Assembly (NCBI GenBank): GCA_964422885.1 | Contig: CAYRDV010000001.1 | Location: 1 to 48,275, forward strand | From: an uncultured Candidatus Sericytochromatia bacterium | GTDB taxonomy: Bacteria > Cyanobacteriota > Sericytochromatia > UBA7694 > JACMQJ01 | DNA: 48,275 bases | Direction: 5' to 3' | Shown: positions 1 through 8,994 of the stretch, one piece after another | How the letters are laid out: each line of letters opens with the position of its first letter | How positions within the stretch are numbered: the stretch's first letter is position 1 | Translations under genes and position numbers: made by a program | Notes under the pieces: generated by a model | Told to the model about the DNA's origin: nothing | What the model saw: the letters and a program-made list of their open reading frames with translations, nothing else | Databases searched by the model: none

Positions 1-2
1 AA

Positions 3-1307
3 AGGAAGAAACAATTACCAGAATTAGATGTAAAGATACTTTCCCAAACGGAATTATCCAAGGTCACTGAAATACCCTTATTACCAGAAATAGATTTTTT
101 TATTGAAGATAAACTTATTGATTTTGATAAAAGAAAAACTGGTTATTATATACTGGCTAATAAATGGGAATGCTGGTCTTTGCCATTGAAATGGATTGAT
201 CATATTAATCAGAATGTTGATCAGGTCTGGATTTCTTCTGATTTTGTAAAACAGAGTTATATTAATTCTGGTGTTGACGAAGAAAGAGTCAAAGTCGTAC
301 CAACCGGAATTGATACAGATAAATATTCACCTTCAGGCAATATATATGAGCTTAAAACTTCTAAAAGCTTTAAATTTCTATATGTTGGCAGCATAATTGA
401 GAGAAAAGGTATAGAGCTATTAATAGAAGCCTTTACTGAAGAATTTTCCCAGGAAGATGATGTTGCTTTAATTATTAAAGATGACCTCATTGATTCCTCA
501 GCAAAAAGTTTTGAATTAGAAAAAAAGATTCATGAGCTTAATGCTGAAATTGAATTTTATTCTGAAGAACCTGAAGATTTTACTGGCTTTTACAGAGCCT
601 GTGATGTCTTTGTTTACCCATTTAAAACCGAAGGGTATGGAATCCATGTTCTTGAAGCAATGTCTAGTGAACTTGCTGCTATAGTCACTGATGGTGGAGG
701 AATTAAAGATTTTTGCAATCAGGAAAACTCTTATCTTTTACCCGCAGAATGGTCTGAAATAGAATGTGAACAATTGGAAACACATGAACTGGTTAGTAAT
801 ATTAATTATTTTGAGTCAGATAAAAAATCACTTAAAAAGGTAATGAGGCAGGTTTATACCCATAGAGATGAGCTAAAAGTTAAAGGCAGGATTGCCAGAA
901 ATACTGTTTTACAAAATTATTCATGGGAAAAAACTCTTAATATTGCAGCAAATGCACTAAATGAATTAAAAGGTAAACCAATTATCAGAAACGAGTTGGA
1001 AAATATTAAAAATGAATTGTATAAACAGGGAATAAGAGCATTATCAGAACAGAGTTATATTAATTCTGAAAAAAAATTTATTAAATTATGCAAATATGAT
1101 AGTAATAATCATAATTATTACTTTAATTTAGGTATTTCCCAACAAAAACTTAAAAAATATGATGAGGCGATCGATTCTTTTTCAACAAGCCTTGAGCTTG
1201 GAAATTGTACTTATGATTTATGTAAGTCTCTGGCCTTTTGCCTTGAAAAAACTGGTGATACTGAAACCGCTGAGTTATATTATGACAAGGCGGATGAGTT
1301 AAAATAA
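3..1307 (+). CDS. Glycosyltransferase, GT4-like (Glycos_transf_1-type C-terminal half) with a TPR-like C-terminal tail; 5' end cut by the window edge
   Basis: The frame of the listed 180..1307 ORF stays open with no stop back to base 3, so the TTG at 180 is probably internal. FLYVGSIIERKGIELLIEAF and FVYPFKTEGYGIHVLEAMSS (E-x7-E) are typical of retaining GT4 enzymes. The tail (YYFNLGISQQKLKKYDEAIDSF) looks TPR-like. Confidence 0.65.
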   Translation, partial: RKKQLPELDVKILSQTELSKVTEIPLLPEIDFFIEDKLIDFDKRKTGYYILANKWECWSLPLKWIDHINQNVDQVWISSDFVKQSYINSGVDEERVKVVPTGIDTDKYSPSGNIYELKTSKSFKFLYVGSIIERKGIELLIEAFTEEFSQEDDVALIIKDDLIDSSAKSFELEKKIHELNAEIEFYSEEPEDFTGFYRACDVFVYPFKTEGYGIHVLEAMSSELAAIVTDGGGIKDFCNQENSYLLPAEWSEIECEQLETHELVSNINYFESDKKSLKKVMRQVYTHRDELKVKGRIARNTVLQNYSWEKTLNIAANALNELKGKPIIRNELENIKNELYKQGIRALSEQSYINSEKKFIKLCKYDSNNHNYYFNLGISQQKLKKYDEAIDSFSTSLELGNCTYDLCKSLAFCLEKTGDTETAELYYDKADELK

Positions 1308-1319
1308 TAAAAACAAATA

Positions 1320-2243
1320 TTAATCTAAATCAGGAAATAAAGTAATAACCGGAACAATATTTGACCTACGGTAATGAAGTGAAGAAAAAGCCATTTTATC
1401 CTTAGTAAATTCTTCAAAAACAGCCATCCAGTCCATATGTTCTTTTACTTCACCCTGTGGCCTTGGCCCCCAAACTTCAACATAAGCCAAGCCAACACCA
1501 TAACTTGAAGGATGTTGTTTACCCCATGCTGTCTGAAACTCAGTTATTGATAATTCTTTTACCTCAATTTCAGCCGGATCTATAACAGTTACTTTTTCAC
1601 TTGAAACGCCAATAATAAGTACTGCATGGCGCATCGAACCCATACCTGGAAGTTGGATAGAGGCGATAGGTGTACAACCTCTGTTTAAAGACCTTAAAAG
1701 ACCTTCAAGCTGGAAAATAAAATTTTCTCCTCTTTGAACCCTTGCTTTTAGACCTAATGATTGTGCATGAAAGGAGATATCTTCAAGAGACATACCAACA
1801 TCATTAAGATGCTGGGCATCTTTGGTCCTGAGTAACTCCACCTTTTGATAGCCTTCCTGTACAGTTTTTACCAGGGCATACTTTCTAAGCAACATTGCCA
1901 GACAGGTGGGAGCACAGCCATTTTTTCGGGGTTGCTGCATTGTTTCTGAAATAGGACTGGATATTACATAAACCTTATTTTCGTCAAATTTTTTTTCATT
2001 TTTTTTGCCTTTCTGGTTTTGCTTTTGTTGTTGCTTATTTTTACCCCGGCCCTCTTTTTCCTGTTTTTCGTCTATTTTCTTTTTGGCGAAATAAAGTATG
2101 GCCTGTATTGTTTCTTCAGGATCTCCTTCCGTTCGGTATACATCACTATATACCTCTCCATTCTTAGGCGCATCCTGATGGAATTTTTTGACTTCAGTAG
2201 TTTTTACCGGTTGGAACCGGTTAATTCTTGATACGTCTGACAT
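1320..2243 (-). CDS. Stand-alone papain-like cysteine peptidase, C39-like domain, with a K/Q-rich N-terminal linker
   Basis: QQPRKNGCAPTCLAMLL gives a Gln then the Cys nucleophile in a C39-like context. MRHAVLIIGV supplies the His and VTVIDPA the Asp. No ABC transporter domain is fused or adjacent. Confidence 0.55.
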   Translation of the reverse strand: MSDVSRINRFQPVKTTEVKKFHQDAPKNGEVYSDVYRTEGDPEETIQAILYFAKKKIDEKQEKEGRGKNKQQQKQNQKGKKNEKKFDENKVYVISSPISETMQQPRKNGCAPTCLAMLLRKYALVKTVQEGYQKVELLRTKDAQHLNDVGMSLEDISFHAQSLGLKARVQRGENFIFQLEGLLRSLNRGCTPIASIQLPGMGSMRHAVLIIGVSSEKVTVIDPAEIEVKELSITEFQTAWGKQHPSSYGVGLAYVEVWGPRPQGEVKEHMDWMAVFEEFTKDKMAFSSLHYRRSNIVPVITLFPDLD

Positions 2244-2326
2244 AATTTTATTATAAACTATCGAGACTGTTTTTTAGCAACATAACCTATTTAAAAGAGA
2301 TTATAGCCTAAATTTAAAAAATTATT

Positions 2327-2875
2327 TTAGACAAGTGACATCAGGTAATCTTTGTATCGTTTGTAGAAATTTTTTCGAATATCTTCTTCAGTAATCTCCT
2401 GTATTTTTTTTGCTGGAAGTAGTTTCTCTTCTTTGCCAGTACTTATCTCACCATTTGGTTCTATATGATAAATAATTAAATTTGCTGAAAATTCATTATC
2501 ATTTTTTATGATTATTCTAAAAATGTATTCTTGTTTTTGTTCATAATAAACAGTCAGAGATATTTGTAACAGTTTAACATTTAATTGTACTGTTCTTTCT
2601 TCACCATAATTATCAAATTCATCTTTTAAATTGTTAAAAGCAGTATTTACTATCTTTTGTAAAAAAGTATCAACTTCTAAGGCATTTTGCCTGACTTTTA
2701 TTTCTTCTTTTTGATCTTTCTCTTTTAATTTATTTTTGTATTCGGATAAAATACCCTTTATTCCAGACTCACTATCATTTTTTTTAGCATGCTTTTTTAT
2801 TTCTTTTAATTCATGCTTATTTTTTAAGTCTTGTTTTTTATTTTTATAAGCTTCAATAATATCTTTAATTTTCAT
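2327..2875 (-). CDS. Hypothetical K/E-rich protein
   Basis: Long ORF with no recognisable motif. The listed ORF starts at a TTG (2893); the in-frame ATG at 2875 (MKIKDII) is preferred but uncertain. Confidence 0.4.
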   Translation of the reverse strand: MKIKDIIEAYKNKKQDLKNKHELKEIKKHAKKNDSESGIKGILSEYKNKLKEKDQKEEIKVRQNALEVDTFLQKIVNTAFNNLKDEFDNYGEERTVQLNVKLLQISLTVYYEQKQEYIFRIIIKNDNEFSANLIIYHIEPNGEISTGKEEKLLPAKKIQEITEEDIRKNFYKRYKDYLMSLV

Positions 2876-3085
2876 ACTTTTGATTGTTAACAATTACTAT
2901 CAAAAATATTACAAGATAAATAGATAAAGAAAAAGGACATTTAGAAAATTATTTAGTATTTAAAAAAGCTATAAAGAAAGTTTGCAAATATTTTTCTTTT
3001 ATTTTGTTTTCAGATAAAATAAATAAGAAAATCATTTCATAATAAATTCAGGATTTTCTAGATTAAATTTTATTCGAGGGGTAAA

Positions 3086-4336
3086 ATGAAAATACCATTT
3101 AAACCATTAATTTTATGTCTTTCAATTTCATTTTTATCAAATTCAATTTCATATGCAGGAGGTATTAAACTGGACGAAGAAAATTGGAATCAGGAAACAA
3201 AGAAAAGACTGGATATTTTGTTGAATAAAAATGCCAATAAAGGAAAAAAAATTATTTTTGATTTTGACAATACAATGGTTTCAAGAGATATTGGTGAAGC
3301 GACATTTGCCTTTCTGGTAAAAGATGGAATGATTAATAAAGAAAAAATAAAATCATTTTCCCCTTCCTTTTTTTTAGATGGTAAAGAATTTTCACTTGAT
3401 AAAGTAATAGATTTAACTGATTATTATGAAAAATTTATTATGTCAACTGAACACCATAAAAATGATGATTCTGCTGCAATTAATAGTTATGCCTGGATGG
3501 TTCAGGCAATGGAGGGGCTAACTCCTTTTGATGTTATTAGTGCTACAAAAAAAGGGTTTATGAATAACCAGGCAAAAAATGATCGAAAATTGGCTAAAGA
3601 AACCACCGTTACCATAACTGAAAATAAAACCAGCTATATGATTCCTTTTTTTCACCCTGAAATTGTGGATTTAATCGGTAAAATGATTTTAAACGGTTAT
3701 GATTTATATTTTGTAAGTGCAAGTAATGTCTGGACAATCAGGTATATGGTTACTGTGGAGCTTGCCAGATTAATCAGCCAAAAATTTAAAAAAGAAATTA
3801 AAATTTCCCCTGAAAAAGTAATTGGAGTTAGTACTTTGCTCAAAGATAAAAGAACAGGTATTTTATATAAGGATCCTTTGTTTGTCAGAGAAAAAAGTGA
3901 GCAGTCCAGATTGTATGGGATGCTTGACTCAGAAGAATTAAAAAATTATGAAATTACTAACCAGATTGTCTATCCAATTTCTGGTTATGATGGAAAAACA
4001 TCTAATATTATGAAATATATAGTAAAGGAGAATGAGAAACCTTTGCTTGTTGCCGGGGATTCCCCAGGTGATTATTCTATGCTTGGTTTTGCTGAAAACA
4101 GGTTATGGTTTGCCCGGCTTGAAAAACCGGATTATCAGGAAAAAGTAACTGGTCTGATAAAAAAAACAGAAACAGATAAGTGGTTTATTCAGCCTGTACT
4201 TTATAAAAAATTTCCAGGTCTGGTAAAAAAACAGGCACAACTTAAGGTCTTGCTAAAAGGAACACCAACTAGCCTGGAAAACTGTTTGAAAAGTTTAAAA
4301 ATCCTCAAGTCTAAAAAAGTTCTGGAAGATTTCTAA
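3086..4336 (+). CDS. Secreted HAD-superfamily hydrolase (phosphoserine-phosphatase-like subfamily IB)
   Basis: GAGGGG Shine-Dalgarno before the ATG and an N-terminal signal peptide. HAD motif I is FDFDNTMV (DxDxT), motif II is VSASNVW and motif III is VAGDSPGDYSML. Confidence 0.6.
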   Translation: MKIPFKPLILCLSISFLSNSISYAGGIKLDEENWNQETKKRLDILLNKNANKGKKIIFDFDNTMVSRDIGEATFAFLVKDGMINKEKIKSFSPSFFLDGKEFSLDKVIDLTDYYEKFIMSTEHHKNDDSAAINSYAWMVQAMEGLTPFDVISATKKGFMNNQAKNDRKLAKETTVTITENKTSYMIPFFHPEIVDLIGKMILNGYDLYFVSASNVWTIRYMVTVELARLISQKFKKEIKISPEKVIGVSTLLKDKRTGILYKDPLFVREKSEQSRLYGMLDSEELKNYEITNQIVYPISGYDGKTSNIMKYIVKENEKPLLVAGDSPGDYSMLGFAENRLWFARLEKPDYQEKVTGLIKKTETDKWFIQPVLYKKFPGLVKKQAQLKVLLKGTPTSLENCLKSLKILKSKKVLEDF

Positions 4337-4345
4337 AATACTCAT

Positions 4346-4377
4346 AAAAAAAGCTCCTGATTTCAGGAGCTTTTTTT
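4346..4377. terminator. Bidirectional rho-independent terminator between convergent genes
   Basis: AGCTCCTGA (4352-4360) pairs with TCAGGAGCT (4363-4371). An A-run lies upstream and a T-run downstream, so it reads as a terminator on both strands. Confidence 0.75.
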
Positions 4378-4390
4378 ATTTAAGCTTTAA

Positions 4391-5065
4391 TTACTTTGCA
4401 GCAGGAGCTGGGCTAGCTGGTGCAGCTGGATCAGCGGGTGCTGGAGCTGGTGCAGCTGGATCAGCAGGTGCTGGTGGAGGAGCAGGTGGTGTATTTGGAA
4501 TATGATTCATTGCAATATCAGCGAATACATTTTCAAACTCTGATTTACTCAACTTATCTTTTGTTCCTTTGTTGAATATTTTACCTGGTTTTTCTTTGTC
4601 ATACTTTTTGAACATATCATTGAAAGCAGTGGAAACTAAACCACTTGATAATTCATCATGTGAAATATAACCGTCTCTGCCAGTATCTAACTGTTTAAAC
4701 AGTGAACTTGCAGCTGATCTTAATCTAAAGTTAAGACCTATTCTCTTGAAAAAACCAGGCATCATTTCTTTTAAGGTAATCTTACCATCATGATTATCAT
4801 CAAGAGCATAAAATGCTTTTGCTGAATCAGGAGTAGCAACACCATACTCTTCAGGAGTAATCATTTTGTTTTTGTCTTTGTCTAATTCTTTGAAAGCATG
4901 TGTACTGGCATCTTGTATAATTTTGGCAACACCCATAACTGATTCTGACTGAACTGAATTGTCAACTTCTGGTGCAAGTATTGGTGCAGTGCTTGAACCA
5001 CATGCAGTTAATGAACTTACTGCAAATACGCTTAAAGCAACCATCGCAACTGTCTTCTTCAACAT
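4391..5065 (-). CDS. Lipoprotein with three EF-hand Ca-binding loops and a Pro/Ala-rich C-terminal tail
   Basis: AGGAG Shine-Dalgarno and a signal peptide ending in the lipobox LTAC. EF-hand loops are DKDKNKMITPEE, DDNHDGKITLKE and DTGRDGYISHDE. The tail is PPAPPPAPADPAAPAPAPADPAAPASPAPAAK. Confidence 0.7.
   Translation of the reverse strand: MLKKTVAMVALSVFAVSSLTACGSSTAPILAPEVDNSVQSESVMGVAKIIQDASTHAFKELDKDKNKMITPEEYGVATPDSAKAFYALDDNHDGKITLKEMMPGFFKRIGLNFRLRSAASSLFKQLDTGRDGYISHDELSSGLVSTAFNDMFKKYDKEKPGKIFNKGTKDKLSKSEFENVFADIAMNHIPNTPPAPPPAPADPAAPAPAPADPAAPASPAPAAK
4415..4474. repeat. Two tandem 30-nt copies (one mismatch) inside the EF-hand lipoprotein gene
   Basis: AGCTGGTGCAGCTGGATCAGC(G/A)GGTGCTGG occurs at 4415-4444 and 4445-4474. 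It encodes the duplicated PAPADPAAPA segment. Confidence 0.85.
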
Positions 5066-5377
5066 TTTTTCTAGACTCCTTAACTATTTTACTAACTTAA
5101 ATTTAACTTATGTTTAATATATCCTTTATTTAACTAAAAACTTTCTTAAGCTTTATTTAAGGATAGATTAACTTTTGGTTAACCGTAAGTTTAAGTGAAT
5201 TATATTTCTTATCATACAATTTTACTTTATCTTTAATTTCAACGTCAAATGAATTAAAGCTATTTATACCAAATTTAAACTATTTTTTTAAGAAAAAATG
5301 AATTTACTTTTTTGGAAACTATATTTGAGCATAATACTATTAATAAGAATATTAATAGTTTTAAACAATTTAAGGGG

Positions 5378-5406
5378 TTGCTCTACTATTAAATGATCGG
5401 TATAAT
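5378..5406 (+). promoter_or_regulatory. Sigma70-like promoter for tRNA-Cys
   Basis: TTGCTC (5378-5383), a 17-nt spacer, then TATAAT (5401-5406). The -10 box ends 16 nt before the tRNA 5' end. Confidence 0.5.
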
Positions 5407-5422
5407 AACAAATGCGAAAAAC

Positions 5423-5493
5423 GGCGGCATAGCCAAGTGGTAAGGCAGGGCTCTGCAAAAGCCTCATCCCCAGTTCGAATCTGGGTGCCGCCT
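5423..5493 (+). tRNA. tRNA-Cys (anticodon GCA)
   Basis: Acceptor stem GGCGGCA/TGCCGCC and D arm GCC..GGC. Anticodon stem GGGCT/AGCCT carries the loop CTGCAAA. T arm is CCCAG-TTCGAAT-CTGGG, the discriminator is T, and no CCA is encoded. Confidence 0.92.
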
Positions 5494-5494
5494 T

Positions 5495-6214
5495 TTAGGA
5501 CAGATAATTTACCAATTCTTTTGCTTTATTAATTCGTGTTTGAAAATCAAGTGACATTAAGGGAATTAGAGTTGTTTCTTCAGAAATTTTAACTTTTGCA
5601 ACTTCTTTTAGACAGTTTACTACAGTTTTTGTAACCGGGTGATATTTCCATTCTTCTACCTGATGGGGATCAATTGCATAACTTTGTTGCCAATAGTTTT
5701 CTGCCGCTTTATAATATTCAATCCCATCTGAATTACCAATTGGAAAACAGCAATGACCAGCCAGTTCAAATGCAAGCCCCAGGCATAAAATATCTCTGCT
5801 GCTATCTTTTTCAAAACTTTCAATTTGCCTTAAAGCTTCTTCAACAAAAGAAAGAGCCCGGTTAAAAGCGACAGAAGCAGTTTTCTCTCTGTTACTGCGA
5901 ATATATAAACAACCAGCTTCCAGCAAACTTTTTATATCTCTGTGAAAATTTCCAAAATTAGGATAGCGGTAACTTAATAACTCATTACCTGTAAAAAATA
6001 CACCAATACTGTGTTGGGCTGAAATTTCAAGACATCGGGCCGCATGATATAAAAAACCAACGTCAATAAGGTTATTTACAATGGTTTCAACATTTTCTCT
6101 AGGCATTGATGCCACATTTGAAAAAGCCCATTGAAGGTAAGAGTTTGTATCAGAAATATTATTGTTTTTATTATTCTGAGGCGGTAGCCAGACGTTTAAA
6201 TCTTCATTATCCAT
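5495..6214 (-). CDS. Hypothetical protein, helical-repeat-like
   Basis: 239-aa ORF whose stop codon lies 2 nt from the tRNA-Cys 3' end (tail to tail). No motif recognised. Confidence 0.5.
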   Translation of the reverse strand: MDNEDLNVWLPPQNNKNNNISDTNSYLQWAFSNVASMPRENVETIVNNLIDVGFLYHAARCLEISAQHSIGVFFTGNELLSYRYPNFGNFHRDIKSLLEAGCLYIRSNREKTASVAFNRALSFVEEALRQIESFEKDSSRDILCLGLAFELAGHCCFPIGNSDGIEYYKAAENYWQQSYAIDPHQVEEWKYHPVTKTVVNCLKEVAKVKISEETTLIPLMSLDFQTRINKAKELVNYLS

Positions 6215-6452
6215 AGTATTTACCTATATTACTCCTTTTATAATATTATTATAAACAATGTTATAAAAAATGCTTATAGCTAAGAAAATTTACAAAAAAC
6301 AATATTTTATATAGACATCGAAAAAAAACAAAATCACCAGTAAAGTTTTTTATCTCCTGAGCTGCGGGTTATTATATGTAATACTTATTATTATTTCCAA
6401 GTTAAGTATAATTAATAATGTGTAATTAAGAAATGTTAAAGAGGAGGCATTT

Positions 6453-6911
6453 ATGAATATTTTTGAAATATTAAAAAAAGATCATAAAACCGTTTCTGAT
6501 CTAATGAATAAACTTGAGCCAACAATACATAGAGTATTTAAAAACAGAGATGAATTATTTAATCGGATAAAAATGGAGTTAAATATTCATTCTGAACTGG
6601 AAGAAAAACTATTTTATTCCGAATTAAAAAATTACCTTGAAACAAAGTATCTTATTGATAATTCATTGGTTGAACATAATAAAATTCATAATTTACTTAA
6701 TGAATTAACTCTAATCTCTAAAGATAGTGATAAATGGAGTGAAAAATTACATCAGTTAAAACAATGTATAGAGCATCATGTAAATGAAGAAGAACATGAG
6801 TTATTTTCACAAGCTAAGTTGGTACTAAGTCAGGAACAAATAATGGAAATGGGTCTTCAATTTAGAATTGAAAAAGATAAATTATTACACTCTACAAGCA
6901 AATTAAAATAA
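6453..6911 (+). CDS. Hemerythrin-like (HHE cation-binding) domain protein
   Basis: Strong Shine-Dalgarno AGAGGAGG. ILKKDHKTVSDLMNKL, HSELEEKLFY and EHHVNEEEHELF match the H / HxxxE / HxxxE pattern of hemerythrin-like domains. Confidence 0.7.
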   Translation: MNIFEILKKDHKTVSDLMNKLEPTIHRVFKNRDELFNRIKMELNIHSELEEKLFYSELKNYLETKYLIDNSLVEHNKIHNLLNELTLISKDSDKWSEKLHQLKQCIEHHVNEEEHELFSQAKLVLSQEQIMEMGLQFRIEKDKLLHSTSKLK

Positions 6912-7127
6912 TTAATCATCATTGATTTATCTTAAATACTAATAATTATCTCTGCCAAAGTTTAAAATTTTTAATATTTTGGCATTTTTTAAGATGATAA
7001 ATATTTACTAAAAATTAACCACTGCTTAATCCCTATTTTACTTAATTCTAGCAAGCTTTTTCTAATAGTAATGATAAGTATAAATATAATGTTGCGAAGA
7101 GAATTTAGATAATTTTGGGGAAAACCT

Positions 7128-8477
7128 ATGAAAATTAAAAATTTGGTTTTAGTGTTACTTACAGCTACCTTTATTGGTGCTCCTGTAACAGGGTGTGGTA
7201 AGGCATCACCTGTATTGCCTGGTACCAATAATCCTAATAATCCCCTTAATCCAAACAACCCTAATGGGGTTAATCCTCCTGTCACAGGTATGGGCTCTGT
7301 AGTCGGACGTGTTGTTGATTCTACAGGAAAAGGTTTATCAAATGTTCAACTAACAATCAGAAATATAATAACAACATCATCTCTTAATGGTGATTTCCAG
7401 TTAAATAATGTTCCTGCTGGTCAGCAGTCATTACAACTACGCCTTTCAAACAGACAACTTAATATTAATGTTAATGTTGTTGCAGATACTGCTGTTACCC
7501 CGGATGTAAACCCAATACAGTTTTCTAATAACGGAACAGGTGGTTCTGGTCTGGCAAATAGCCAACTTAAAACTTTTAAAGTGGATCAGGATTTCTTTAA
7601 TCAGTGGCAGGCAAAAGGGGTTACTGCTACTGCTGGTGTAATCTATGTTGCTGTTTCAGATGGGAGAAATTTATTTAAAAAAGGCTCAATTATTTCTATG
7701 GATGCAGAATCAGGTAAAAGCTGGAAAAATATCGGTTCTTCATGGTTAGGTTTAAGATATCCTTTGGATCAGACTATCCGCTCTGTTGCTGCAAATGGCA
7801 CAAATCTTGTGGCAATAGATTCTAAAGGTGCTTTATATAGTGTTGAAAATAAGAAAAAAGTAAAAGTTGTTAAATCCGGTCCCGGCACTGATATTGCTGT
7901 TGGTGCGGGCATAATATATATTGCAAATGGTGGTAGTGTTGAAAGGGCAGAGTCTTCAGGTGAAGGTAGAACTGTAATTCCAAATTTATCTGTATCAGGT
8001 GGAATTGCAACCGATTCAAAAGGTAATCTGTTTGCAATATGCGGTAGTGGTGTAAAAATGGTTGAGGCTGGTTCAATAAATCATTCTACTGATGTAATTA
8101 CCCAAAGTATTTCCAATGCAATTGACCTTGCTGTAGATGATAAAAATGGTTTTATTTATGTTCTTGAATCTAATGGAATTAAACGTTTTACAACAACAGG
8201 CGTATTGGTAGCAAACTTTGGTAGCGGCGCTCAAAGACCTGTAAGTATTACTACTGATGAATTAGGTAATCTATATGTAGCAGACGAAGGTAAAGATTAT
8301 AAAGAATCAAAAATAGTAAAATTTGGTCCTGGTAATGGAAACATTCCAGCATTTGAAAACTCCGAGTTTTTGAAAAACGGACAAAATCAAAATTTTGATG
8401 GAACTGGTGAAAACACTGATTATACCAGTAACTATGGTTATAATAATAATTCAGGTTATTCAGGTCAAAATTATTAA
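7128..8477 (+). CDS. Lipoprotein with a carboxypeptidase-regulatory-like domain and an NHL/beta-propeller-like repeat region
   Basis: Signal peptide with lipobox VTGC, then a Pro/Asn linker. GRVVDSTGKGLSNVQLTI is CarboxypepD_reg-like. GFIYVLESNG and GNLYVADEG are NHL-like blades. Confidence 0.6.
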   Translation: MKIKNLVLVLLTATFIGAPVTGCGKASPVLPGTNNPNNPLNPNNPNGVNPPVTGMGSVVGRVVDSTGKGLSNVQLTIRNIITTSSLNGDFQLNNVPAGQQSLQLRLSNRQLNINVNVVADTAVTPDVNPIQFSNNGTGGSGLANSQLKTFKVDQDFFNQWQAKGVTATAGVIYVAVSDGRNLFKKGSIISMDAESGKSWKNIGSSWLGLRYPLDQTIRSVAANGTNLVAIDSKGALYSVENKKKVKVVKSGPGTDIAVGAGIIYIANGGSVERAESSGEGRTVIPNLSVSGGIATDSKGNLFAICGSGVKMVEAGSINHSTDVITQSISNAIDLAVDDKNGFIYVLESNGIKRFTTTGVLVANFGSGAQRPVSITTDELGNLYVADEGKDYKESKIVKFGPGNGNIPAFENSEFLKNGQNQNFDGTGENTDYTSNYGYNNNSGYSGQNY

Positions 8478-8483
8478 TTTAAT

Positions 8484-8521
8484 AAAAAAAAGAGAGGTTT
8501 AAAATACCTCTCTTTTTTTTT
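8484..8521 (+). terminator. Rho-independent terminator
   Basis: AGAGAGGT (8491-8498) pairs with ACCTCTCT (8506-8513). It is followed by T8 and preceded by A7. Confidence 0.75.
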
Positions 8522-8578
8522 ATTCTTAATGGCAAACAGGATATCCTTTATATTAGGATTCTTTTTAGGAAATATTTT

Positions 8579-8965
8579 ATGGAAAAAAAACTTTATCAGG
8601 AAATAGGCGGCCTGGAAAAATTAAAAGAAATAATTAATACATTTGTTGATAGGATGTTCGATGATGTTATGATTGGCTTTTTTTTCAGAAAAGCCGATAA
8701 GGAAAGAATAAAAGAAAAGGAATTTGAATTTGTTGCTCAATTTCTTGGAGCAGAAATTAAATATTCGGGAACCCCGCTGCCTGAGGCTCACCTGAAACAT
8801 CGTATTATGGGAGGCCAGTTTTCCCGAAGGAAACAAATTTTAAAAGAGACCTTTGAAGAATATCATGTTCCAAAACATATTATTGACGCTCTTCTTGAAC
8901 ATACCGAAAACTTTAGGATGTTAATTGCCAAGACCAAAAACTCTGATTGTAACCATCAAGGGTAG
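8579..8965 (+). CDS. Truncated (2-on-2) hemoglobin-like protein
   Basis: The N-terminus LYQEIGGLEKLKEIINTFVDRMFDD, the ~128-aa length and the later H-containing helix (PEAHLKHRI) resemble bacterial truncated globins. Confidence 0.55.
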   Translation: MEKKLYQEIGGLEKLKEIINTFVDRMFDDVMIGFFFRKADKERIKEKEFEFVAQFLGAEIKYSGTPLPEAHLKHRIMGGQFSRRKQILKETFEEYHVPKHIIDALLEHTENFRMLIAKTKNSDCNHQG

Positions 8966-8989
8966 AGACATGCCATGGCATGTCTCTAC
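8962..8989. terminator. 28-nt perfect palindrome / bidirectional terminator-like hairpin between convergent genes
   Basis: GTAGAGACATGC-CATG-GCATGTCTCTAC. It overlaps the TAG stop of the globin-like gene (8963-8965) and ends 5 nt before the convergent gene's stop codon. Confidence 0.55.
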
Positions 8990-8994
8990 AATAT

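Noticed and set aside
257-490. Short ORFs lying antisense or out of frame inside long, motif-supported genes. Examples: 257..490, 2019..2231, 5674..5865, 7870..8076, 8621..8836, 10109..10414, 10807..11208, 11756..12064, 13567..14145, 15642..16304, 17102..17356, 18536..19110, 19162..19562, 21170..21777, 22875..23075, 24791..25274, 27120..28340, 29045..29245, 29791..29991, 31772..32155, 32539..32781, 33352..33609, 35163..35870, 36875..37081, 37446..37787, 38724..38930, 39884..40123, 40484..40738, 41479..42250 and 43700..43906.
   Set aside because: Each is fully or largely embedded in a longer ORF that has clear family motifs or signal peptides. Their translations are low-complexity and typical of AT-rich antisense frames. 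None has a convincing ribosome-binding site.
5423-6214. tRNA-Cys as an integration site for a genomic island
   Set aside because: No integrase, recombinase or phage gene lies next to the tRNA. I did not spot a direct repeat of the tRNA 3' end elsewhere in the window by eye, though that visual check is not exhaustive.
6989-7285. 98-aa minus-strand ORF overlapping the start of the NHL lipoprotein gene
   Set aside because: It overlaps the well-supported signal peptide and lipobox region of 7128..8477 on the opposite strand. Its Gly/Leu-rich translation mirrors the Pro/Asn linker codons.
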